Part shown: positions 17,379-24,913 of the stretch, one piece after another | How the letters are laid out: each line of letters begins with the position of its first letter | Position numbering within the stretch: the stretch's first letter is position 1 | Source: an uncultured Brevifollis sp. | GTDB taxonomy: Bacteria > Verrucomicrobiota > Verrucomicrobiia > Verrucomicrobiales > Verrucomicrobiaceae | DNA length: 40,417 bases | Assembly (NCBI GenBank): GCA_964472185.1 | Contig: CAYYJK010000003.1 | Span: forward strand, 1 to 40,417 | Direction: 5' to 3' | The notes under the pieces: generated by a model | What the model was told of the DNA's origin: nothing | The model's input: only the letters and a program-made list of their open reading frames with translations | Databases searched by the model: none | Translations under genes and position numbers: made by a program

Positions 17379-17741
17379 ATGAGCACCATCATCGACAAAA
17401 TTGATTCCGAGCAGCTGAAGAAGGACGTCACCCCCTTCAACGTCGGCGACACCGTCAAGGTCCACACCCGCGTCGTCGAAGGCGACAAGGAGCGCATTCA
17501 GATCTTCGCCGGCATCGTCATCGCCCGCAAGGGCAGCGGCCTGAACGAGGCTTTCACGGTCCGCAAGATCTCCTACGGCGAAGGCGTGGAACGCGTGTTC
17601 CCCCTGCACAGCCCGAAGGTGGCCAAGGTGGAAGTGACCAAGGCCGGCAAGGTCCGCCGCGCCCGCCTGCACTACCTGCGCGGTCGCAAGGGCAAGCAGG
17701 CCATTTCCGTCAAGGAAGCCTCCTACAGCCCGGAAGCCTGA
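17379..17741 (+). CDS. rplS: 50S ribosomal protein L19
   Basis: Motifs [55 protein letters not shown]. Confidence 0.98.
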   Translation: MSTIIDKIDSEQLKKDVTPFNVGDTVKVHTRVVEGDKERIQIFAGIVIARKGSGLNEAFTVRKISYGEGVERVFPLHSPKVAKVEVTKAGKVRRARLHYLRGRKGKQAISVKEASYSPEA

Positions 17742-17762
17742 GCCGCTCCGTTTTCTTTCCCG

Positions 17763-17791
17763 AGGGCAGGTCGCAAGACCTGCCCTTTTTT
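17763..17791 (+). terminator. rho-independent terminator after rplS
   Basis: AGGGCAGGTC-GCAA-GACCTGCCCT, a perfect 10-bp stem with a GNRA loop, followed by a T tract. Confidence 0.9.
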
Positions 17792-18264
17792 CATGCCCGC
17801 CGCACGTAGCGGCGGAATTCCAGCTCGGGGGTGCTGGCCAGCACTTCCTGCAGCTCGAACAGGTGCTCAAACGGCGGCAGCAGGGTGTCGCCTTCCTGGG
17901 GCGGCTTGACCAGGGTGAGGTAGAGCTCGGCGCACTGCGGCAGCAGCTCGGCGTAGACCTGGGCGCCGCCGATGACAAAGACGGTTTCCGCACCCGCGCA
18001 AACCTCCGGCAGTTCGGCCACATCGCGAATGACGGTGATGCCGTCCCGGGGGGCGAGCGTGCGGCTCAGCACGATGTTCCGGCGCCCGGGCAGGGGCCGG
18101 CCGATGGATTCGAAGGTCGTGCGCCCCATGAGGATGGGATGGCCCAGGGTCGTGCGCTTGAAGAACTGCAGATCCTCGGGGTAATGCCAGGGCAGCGCGC
18201 CGTTGCGGCCGATGACGCGGTTGCCGGCCATGGCGACGATGGCGATCAGGCGCGGCGGGTTCAC
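17791..18264 (-). CDS. folA: dihydrofolate reductase
   Basis: Motifs IVAMAGNRVIG, LPWHYPEDLQFFK, MGRTTFESIGRPLPGRRN, IGGAQVY, EGDT. GTG start overlaps the upstream TGA. Confidence 0.95.
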   Translation of the reverse strand: MNPPRLIAIVAMAGNRVIGRNGALPWHYPEDLQFFKRTTLGHPILMGRTTFESIGRPLPGRRNIVLSRTLAPRDGITVIRDVAELPEVCAGAETVFVIGGAQVYAELLPQCAELYLTLVKPPQEGDTLLPPFEHLFELQEVLASTPELEFRRYVRRA

Positions 18265-19292
18265 GGCGCCTTCACCCCCGGGAGTTTCACCTTGGCCAGG
18301 TAGATGCTGGTCTTGCCCTCGTGGCTGGAGTAGTAGCTCACGTACAGGTGGCCGTCATGCCAGCACAGGCCGGGGTAGCTGCAGTCGCCGCCGCTGGGCA
18401 GCTCCAGCAGGGGCTCCAGCCCGGTGGTGGTCATCCTGGAAAGCACCATGTGCGGGCCGGGCGTCTGGCCAAAGCCGCGCGAGCCGGCCACCAGGCTGCC
18501 GTCCGGCAGCTCGATGAAGTTGGGCCCGCCGAGCGGCACCGACAGCAGCGTCCACTGCCACTCGCGGTAGGGCGCCTGCGCGACGCCGATCGCCCCCTTG
18601 CGGTCGCCGGCCTCGCGGCGCACCAGGGCCACGGCGCGGCCGTCCTTCAAAAAGCGCAGGGTGGTCTCGTTGGGCTGCCCGGGCACCTGCAGGATCGAGG
18701 ACAGCTGCCAGACGCTGCCATCCGCGCTGCTGTAGGACTTCAGCGACCATTCCGGCTCGAACTTCGGGCCGCCCGTGGTCGGGTAGCCGTTGTAGGAGAC
18801 GCCGTAGAATTTCTTGTCGGCCGGATTCACCGTCACCCGCCAGAGCCAGTCGCCCTCGGCCAGCAGCTTCTGCGGCGGCGTCCAGACCTTGCCGTCGATC
18901 GAGGTGGCGTAGCGCGGCCGGCGGCCCTTGAGTTCGCGGGTGCCGCCGTAGACCGATCCGCCGCAGATCAGGTAGAGGCGTTTGCCGTCCGGCGTGATCT
19001 CCAGCTTGGGATCGCGCAGATCCACCCCCGGCTCCGCCACCGAGGCGTAATCGACCCAGTTGTCGCCCGTCGAAGAGATCAGGATGCGGATGACGCCGTC
19101 GCCGCCGACATGATCCGCCGCCTCGCGGAAGCAGCAGAAGAACAGGTTCTTGAACCGGATGAGGTCGGTGAAGGCGTTGTGCTGGCCCTTGTCCCAGATC
19201 TTGTGCACGGACACAAGTTCCGCCTGGGGGGACTGGGCGGCGGCGCCGAAGGCGAGGGCAAGGCAGAGCAGGGAGGCGAGCAGCGTCTTCAT
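18261..19292 (-). CDS. secreted BNR/Asp-box beta-propeller (exo-alpha-sialidase-like family) protein
   Basis: Signal peptide; motifs HNAFTDLIRF, DLRDPKL, Asp-boxes (SSTGDNW, SIDGKVW, SADGSVW), SGGDCSYPG, YYSSHEG. Confidence 0.75.
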   Translation of the reverse strand: MKTLLASLLCLALAFGAAAQSPQAELVSVHKIWDKGQHNAFTDLIRFKNLFFCCFREAADHVGGDGVIRILISSTGDNWVDYASVAEPGVDLRDPKLEITPDGKRLYLICGGSVYGGTRELKGRRPRYATSIDGKVWTPPQKLLAEGDWLWRVTVNPADKKFYGVSYNGYPTTGGPKFEPEWSLKSYSSADGSVWQLSSILQVPGQPNETTLRFLKDGRAVALVRREAGDRKGAIGVAQAPYREWQWTLLSVPLGGPNFIELPDGSLVAGSRGFGQTPGPHMVLSRMTTTGLEPLLELPSGGDCSYPGLCWHDGHLYVSYYSSHEGKTSIYLAKVKLPGVKAP

Positions 19293-19356
19293 GACCAAGG
19301 CCTACCTGTAGCCGCCCGGGCGCGGCCCAGGCAACCAAATTCGCGGGCGTCCCAGC

Positions 19357-19397
19357 CGGGACGTCCCGCGCCTGCCGAGGCGCGGGACGGCATCCCG
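19357..19397. terminator. strong GC hairpin downstream of tpiA (terminator or 3' stabiliser)
   Basis: CGTCCCGCGCCT-GCCG-AGGCGCGGGACG, a perfect 12-bp stem (19362-19389), extendable by CGGGA/TCCCG. No U-tract. Confidence 0.5.
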
Positions 19398-19409
19398 CCG
19401 GGCTCCGGC

Positions 19410-20201
19410 TCACTGGCCGTTCACCGAATCGATCGCGGCGCGGCAGATCTCCCAGAAGCTGCCGCTTTCCAGGCTGGCGCCGCCGACGAGGGCACCGTCG
19501 ACGTCCTTCTGGCTGATCAGCTCGGCCATGTTGTTCGGCTTGACGCTGCCGCCGTACTGGATGCGGATCTTCTGGGCGGTGTCCTCGCCGTACATTTCGG
19601 TGAGCACGTGGCGCACGAAGGCGTGGGCTTCCTGGGCCTGCTGGGGGCTGGCGGTGCGGCCGGTGCCGATGGCCCAGACCGGTTCGTAGGCGATGACGAC
19701 GTCGAGGACGCGGCGCACACCGACCTCGGCCAGCGATTCGCGCAGCTGGGACTCGAGCACCTTCTCGATCAGGCCGCCGTCACGCTCCTCCAGGGTCTCG
19801 CCGATGCACAGGATCGGATGCAGGCGCGCCTCCAGGGCGGCCAGGAGCTTGGCGTTGACGATGGCGCTGGTTTCGCCGTACAGGCTCCGGCGTTCGCTGT
19901 GGCCCAGGATGACGTGCTTGCAGCCGCACTCCTTGATCATGCGGGCGCTGATCTCGCCGGTGTAGGCGCCGGCCGGATGCTGGCTCATGTTCTGCGCCGC
20001 CAGCTCCACCGTCGACTCACGGGATCCGGCCAGGCAGTCCTGCGCCTTGGTGAGGCTGACGGCCGGCGGGGCGATGACGATCTGGATCGGGCACTTCATC
20101 GGCACCAGGCGCACAAAGGCGCGCAGGAACTCGTCGGTCTCCTGCGGAGTCATGTGCATTTTCCAGTTGGCGGCAATGATGGGCTTGCGGATGTGGGTCA
20201 T
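19410..20201 (-). CDS. tpiA: triose-phosphate isomerase
   Basis: Motifs AANWKMH, GAYTGEIS, ILGHSERR, IAYEPVWAIGTG, YGGSVK, LVGGASL. Confidence 0.98.
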   Translation of the reverse strand: MTHIRKPIIAANWKMHMTPQETDEFLRAFVRLVPMKCPIQIVIAPPAVSLTKAQDCLAGSRESTVELAAQNMSQHPAGAYTGEISARMIKECGCKHVILGHSERRSLYGETSAIVNAKLLAALEARLHPILCIGETLEERDGGLIEKVLESQLRESLAEVGVRRVLDVVIAYEPVWAIGTGRTASPQQAQEAHAFVRHVLTEMYGEDTAQKIRIQYGGSVKPNNMAELISQKDVDGALVGGASLESGSFWEICRAAIDSVNGQ

Positions 20202-20325
20202 AGGGGGAGTCGACGGTAGTAGTTGGCAGGGGTTGGCGAGGGTGGACAGCGGTTTTTTGAAGGATCGGGGCGGGCCCCATGCGTCAGGCCCGCCGCATGG
20301 CGGGCGCCCCCTCGTCAACAGCGGG

Positions 20326-21540
20326 TCATTTCTCCTGGAGGCAGGCGACGCCCGGCAGCACCTTGCCTTCGAGCAGTTCCAGGGAAGCACCGCCGCCGGT
20401 GGAGATGAAGGTCATCTTGCCGGCCAGGCCGGCCTTCTTGACCGCCTTGACGCTGTCACCGCCGCCGATGATGGTCTTGGCGGCGCTGTTGGCGGCGACC
20501 GCTTCGGCGATGTCGAAGGTGCCCTTGGCCGCCTCCTTGATTTCAAACACGCCCATCGGGCCGTTCCAAATCACGGTCCTGGCGCCGGCAACGGCTTCGG
20601 CAAACAGCTTCACGGATTCCGGCCCGATGTCGACGCCCTCCCAGCCGTCCGGAATGCTCTCGTTGACGCCCGTGTACTTCGTGGTGCCGAGCTTCTTGGC
20701 GTCGAAATCGAAGGCGTCGGTGATCAGCGCGTCGACCGGGATGAGCAGCTGGACGCCGCGCGCCTTGGCCTTGTCGAGAGCGGCTTGGGCGATGGGCTCC
20801 CACTCCGGCTTGTACAGGCTCTTGCCGAGGCTGATGCCCTGGACCAGCTTGCGGAAGGTGTAGGCCATGCCGCCGCCGATGATGATCGTGTCGGCCTTTT
20901 CCAGGAGGCGGTTGATGACCTCGATCTTGTCGCTGACCTTGGCGCCGCCCAGGATGACCACGAAGGGCCGCTCGGGGTTTTCCAGCTCGTCGTGCAGGTA
21001 GGTCAGCTCCTTCTCCATGAGCAGACCGGAAACGGCCGGCAGGTGGTCGGCAACGCCGGCCGTGGAGCTGTGCGCGCGGTGCGCCGAGCCGAAGGCGTCG
21101 TTGACGAACACCTCGGCCAGTTCGGCCAGCCCTTTGGCCAGTTCCGGATCGTTTTTCTCCTCGCCGGCATGGAACCGGGTGTTTTCCAGCAGCAGGACGC
21201 CGCCGGGCGCGAGCGCCAGCGCCTTGGCCTTCGCCTCCTCGCCGACGCAATCGCTGGCGAAATCGACCGGCCGGCCGAGCAGGGCGCTGAGAGCCGGCGC
21301 CACCGGAGCCAGCGACTGGCGGGGGTCGCGCTGGCCTTTGGGACGGCCGAGGTGACTGGCCAGGATGACCTTGGCGCCCTGGTCGATCAGATGGCGGATC
21401 GTCGGCAGCGTTTCCTGGATGCGGGTGGCATCCGTGATCACCATCGCCCCGTCCTTCTCCTCCAGCGGCACGTTGAAGTCGACGCGCACGAGGACGCGTT
21501 TGTTGGTCAGATCGAGATCACGCAGGGTCTTTTTGGGCAT
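20326..21540 (-). CDS. pgk: phosphoglycerate kinase
   Basis: Motifs [60 protein letters not shown]. Confidence 0.98.
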   Translation of the reverse strand: MPKKTLRDLDLTNKRVLVRVDFNVPLEEKDGAMVITDATRIQETLPTIRHLIDQGAKVILASHLGRPKGQRDPRQSLAPVAPALSALLGRPVDFASDCVGEEAKAKALALAPGGVLLLENTRFHAGEEKNDPELAKGLAELAEVFVNDAFGSAHRAHSSTAGVADHLPAVSGLLMEKELTYLHDELENPERPFVVILGGAKVSDKIEVINRLLEKADTIIIGGGMAYTFRKLVQGISLGKSLYKPEWEPIAQAALDKAKARGVQLLIPVDALITDAFDFDAKKLGTTKYTGVNESIPDGWEGVDIGPESVKLFAEAVAGARTVIWNGPMGVFEIKEAAKGTFDIAEAVAANSAAKTIIGGGDSVKAVKKAGLAGKMTFISTGGGASLELLEGKVLPGVACLQEK

Positions 21541-21850
21541 GGCTGGGGAATGGTAAAACGGGCGCTATCCATCGCGGATTTGCGGCGGATGGCAAGGGCT
21601 GGTTCATGGCCGTCCCAGGCGCAGGAAGGACGCCAACTGCCCGGTGGATTTGCCGGATTCGCCAGGCCGTCCGTTCAAGCGAACAGCCCCGGGTCGGACG
21701 GCGCAAAATCCGCACACCAGTTGCAACCCATTGTCCCTCAACATCTTGCAACCGATGGCCGCGGATTATTCCTTGCGCGAATGGCCCGCCACGCTATCTG
21801 GCCGGACCCGCCTGCTGGCAGGGCTTCGGGAACGCCCCCGAAGACTCCCC

Positions 21851-23731
21851 ATGTCCGAACACAAATCTTCCAACAACTGGTCCCTGGCCCTGGTGGCGCT
21901 CGGCGTGGTCTTCGGGGACATCGGCACCAGCCCGCTGTATGCCCTGCGCGAGTGCCTGGCCCATGCGGGGTACACCGCCAAGGACGGGGTGGAGATGGTC
22001 TACGGGCCGATCTCGCTGATGTTCTGGTCGCTGACCCTGATGGTGGCGGTCAAGTACCTGGGCATGCTCAGCCACGCCACGGCCCAGGGCGAGGGCGGCA
22101 TGTTCGCCCTGCTGTCGCTGCTGCGCTCGCGCAAGGAGTCGCTGTCGCGCTGGGGCACGGGGCTGACCATGATGGTGGTGCTGTTTGGCGCCTCGCTGCT
22201 GTACGGGGACGGCATGATCACGCCGGCCATCTCGGTGCTGTCGGCGGTCGAGGGGCTCGGCCAGCTCAACTCCGAACTGACGCACTGGGTCGTGCCGATC
22301 GCCGTGACGATCCTGTTCGGCCTGTTCCTGGTGCAGCGCCACGGCACGGCGAAGATCGGCGTGGCGTTCGGCCCGATCATGATCGTCTGGTTCCTGGCCC
22401 TGGGCGGCCTGGGGCTGTACCGCTTCCTGGAGCATCCGGAGGTGATCACGGCGCTGTCCCCGCACTGGGGGGTGTCCTACCTGATGCACCACGGCTATCA
22501 CGGCATCGTCATCATGGGCATGGTGCTGCTCGCCGTGACCGGCTGCGAGGCCCTGTACGCCGACATCGGCCACTTCGGCCGACGGCCCCTGCAGCGCGCC
22601 TGGTTCGTGCTGGTCTGGCCGGCCCTGACCCTCAACTACCTCGGCCAGGGCGCCCTGGTGGTGAGCGATCCGGCCGCCATTGAGCATCCGTTCTTCAAGC
22701 TGGTGCCGGCAGCCCTGCTGGTGCCGATGATCGTCCTGGCCACCGCGGCCACGATCATCGCCTCCCAGGCCATGATCACGGGGGTGTTCTCGCTGACCCA
22801 GCAGGCCGTCCAGCTCGGCTACCTGCCGCGCCTGAAGATCGTCCACACCAACCCGGACGTGCGCGGCCAGATCTACATGCCGCAGGTGAACTTCCTGCTC
22901 ATGGTGTCCTGCATCGCCCTGGTGGTGGGCTTCAAGACCTCGAGCAACCTCGCCTCGGCCTACGGCCTGTCGGTCTCCATGGAGATGCTGCTCACCAGCG
23001 TGCTGTTCTACCTCGTGGCCCGGCGCATCTGGGGCTGGAGCTGGTGGAAGGCCCTGCCGCCGGTGCTGATCTTCCTCACCATCGAACTCGGCTACGTGGC
23101 CGGCAGCCTGATCAAGTTCTTCCAGGGCGCCTGGTTCCCGCTGGCGGTCGCCGCCGGCCTCTGGCTGATCATGAAGACCTGGACCGACGGCCGGGCCATC
23201 CTGTTCAAGGCCATGCTGCGCGGCCGCCTGCCGGTGGTGCATCTGGTCGACGAGCTCAAGCGCGACCGCATCATCCGCGTGCCCGGCACCGCCGTGTTCA
23301 TGTCGGCCAGCGCCGAAGGCCTGCCGCTGGCCCTGCTGCACCACCTCAAGCACAACAAGGCCCTGCACGAGCAGGTCGTGCTGCTGACCGTGCGCTTCGA
23401 GGACGTGCCGCACATCACCGCCGAAAACCGCTTCGAATTCGAGGAGTACTACCAGAACTTCTTCCGCGTCGTGCTGCACTACGGCTTCGCCGAGTCGCCG
23501 GACGTGCTCAACCACCTCTGCGCGGCGATGGAGACCCGGGCCAAGTTCAAGCGCAACGCCATCACCTTCTACCAGAGCCGCGAGGTGCTGCTGATCAACG
23601 GCCCGGGGCGCATGGCGCGCTGGCGCAAGAAGCTGTTCGCCGTGCTCAGCCGCATGTCGCGGCCCGCCACCGGCTACTTCGACCTGCCGCCGCGCCAGGT
23701 CTGCGAGCTCGGCATCCAGCTGGACGTGTGA
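21851..23731 (+). CDS. kup: KUP/HAK/KT family potassium transporter
   Basis: Motifs LGVVFGDIGTSPLYA, GEGGMFAL, YGDGMITPAISVLSAVEG, EALYADIGHF, GQIYMPQVN. Confidence 0.97.
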   Translation: MSEHKSSNNWSLALVALGVVFGDIGTSPLYALRECLAHAGYTAKDGVEMVYGPISLMFWSLTLMVAVKYLGMLSHATAQGEGGMFALLSLLRSRKESLSRWGTGLTMMVVLFGASLLYGDGMITPAISVLSAVEGLGQLNSELTHWVVPIAVTILFGLFLVQRHGTAKIGVAFGPIMIVWFLALGGLGLYRFLEHPEVITALSPHWGVSYLMHHGYHGIVIMGMVLLAVTGCEALYADIGHFGRRPLQRAWFVLVWPALTLNYLGQGALVVSDPAAIEHPFFKLVPAALLVPMIVLATAATIIASQAMITGVFSLTQQAVQLGYLPRLKIVHTNPDVRGQIYMPQVNFLLMVSCIALVVGFKTSSNLASAYGLSVSMEMLLTSVLFYLVARRIWGWSWWKALPPVLIFLTIELGYVAGSLIKFFQGAWFPLAVAAGLWLIMKTWTDGRAILFKAMLRGRLPVVHLVDELKRDRIIRVPGTAVFMSASAEGLPLALLHHLKHNKALHEQVVLLTVRFEDVPHITAENRFEFEEYYQNFFRVVLHYGFAESPDVLNHLCAAMETRAKFKRNAITFYQSREVLLINGPGRMARWRKKLFAVLSRMSRPATGYFDLPPRQVCELGIQLDV

Positions 23732-23746
23732 GCGCCGGCGGACGGC

Positions 23747-24400
23747 TCAGGGGCGGCCGCCGTTGAGCACCTCCACCGCCAGCAGGCTGGCGGCGTTGCG
23801 GCCCTCGACCCCCATCTTCTGGAAGCAGGTGCCCAGATGCTGCTTGGCGGTCTTTTCGCTCATGCCCAGGATCGCGGCCACGTCGGCATTGCTCTTGCCC
23901 TGGGCCACCCAGAGCAGCACCTCCGCCTCGCGCGGCGTCAGGCCAAAGGCCTGCTGCAGCGGCCCGTGGCTGCTGAAGTCCGGGTTGAAACCGCCGGCGG
24001 ACGCCCGGGCCAGGCGCTGCCCCATCGCCTCGGCGCGCGCGAGCCGGCTCTGCACGGCCGCGAGCAGGTCGTCGCGCACCACCGGCTTGGTCAGGTAGTC
24101 GTCGGCTCCAAAATTCATGCCCACCCGCACGTCGTTGCGGTCGCTCTTCGCCGTCAGGAAAATGAACGGCGTGTGGGCGAACGCCTCGTCCCCGCGCAGC
24201 TCCTGCACCACGGCGTAGCCGTCGAGTTCCGGCATCATGACGTCGCACAGGATCAGGTCCGGCCGCTCGCGGCGCGCCACCTCAAGGCCGGTCCGGCCGT
24301 TTTCCGCCGTGCAGGTGCGGTAGCCTTCCATCTGCAGCAGCAGCGCGACGTTGCGCCGCATCGGCGCCTGGTCTTCGATGATGAGGATCTTCTGAGCCAT
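23747..24400 (-). CDS. two-component response regulator (REC + LuxR/NarL HTH)
   Basis: REC motifs ILIIEDQ, DLILCDVMMP, FLTA, DDYLTKP; HTH LTPREAEVLLWVAQGKSNADVAAILGMSEKTAKQH. Confidence 0.93.
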   Translation of the reverse strand: MAQKILIIEDQAPMRRNVALLLQMEGYRTCTAENGRTGLEVARRERPDLILCDVMMPELDGYAVVQELRGDEAFAHTPFIFLTAKSDRNDVRVGMNFGADDYLTKPVVRDDLLAAVQSRLARAEAMGQRLARASAGGFNPDFSSHGPLQQAFGLTPREAEVLLWVAQGKSNADVAAILGMSEKTAKQHLGTCFQKMGVEGRNAASLLAVEVLNGGRP

Positions 24401-24430
24401 GGGGTATGGTAAGAGCCCTACATCATCCCG

Positions 24431-24452
24431 CCATCCGACGAAAGTCGGATGG
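24431..24452. promoter_or_regulatory. palindromic operator, copy 1 (CCATCCGAC-GAAA-GTCGGATGG)
   Basis: Perfect 9-4-9 inverted repeat centred in the 84-bp gap between the divergent RR and globin genes. Confidence 0.65.
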
Positions 24453-24484
24453 GGCGGCCGCGGCACCTGTGGTTGAATGCGGGC

Positions 24485-24913
24485 ATGACGTCCCACCAAG
24501 TCTACCTGGTCCGCAAATCGTTCGCCGAGCTGCTCCGGCACGGCCATGTCGCGGCCCTGGTTTTCTACCGGCGCCTGTTCGAACTGGATCCGGCGCTGCG
24601 CGCGCTGTTCAAAAACGACATCGAGGAGCAGTCGCGCAAGCTGCTCGACATGCTCGGCCTGCTCATCGCCATGCTGGAGCGGCCCGCCGGGCTGGAACTT
24701 GAACTGCGCGCCCTCGGCCTCCGGCACGCGGGCTACGGCGTCCGCCAAGGCGACTACGCCACGGTCGGCGCCGCGCTGCTCGGCATGCTCGGGGAAGTCC
24801 TGGGCGACCGGTTCACCACCGAAGTGAGCGAGGCCTGGAAGACGCTGTACGCCGCCGTGGAAACGGCGATGCGCGCCGGCGCCGCTCACTCCGCCGAACC
24901 GGCCCGCGCCTGA
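24485..24913 (+). CDS. single-domain globin (Vgb/flavohemoglobin-globin-like)
   Basis: Motifs LVRKSF, FYRRLFELDPALRALF (B10 Tyr, CD1 Phe), EQSRKL (E7 Gln), LGLRHAGYGV (F8 His), VGAALL, EAWKTLY. Confidence 0.92.
   Translation: MTSHQVYLVRKSFAELLRHGHVAALVFYRRLFELDPALRALFKNDIEEQSRKLLDMLGLLIAMLERPAGLELELRALGLRHAGYGVRQGDYATVGAALLGMLGEVLGDRFTTEVSEAWKTLYAAVETAMRAGAAHSAEPARA

Noticed and set aside
21600-21850. c-di-AMP (ydaO) riboswitch upstream of kup
   Set aside because: The expected conserved segments (GCTGAATC, GGGGAACC, CCCGTCAGCTAA-like) are not visible. Kept only as an unassigned structured region.
19987-22683. 898-aa plus-strand ORF spanning tpiA, pgk and kup
   Set aside because: Antisense to pgk and out of frame with kup; low-complexity translation with no domain.
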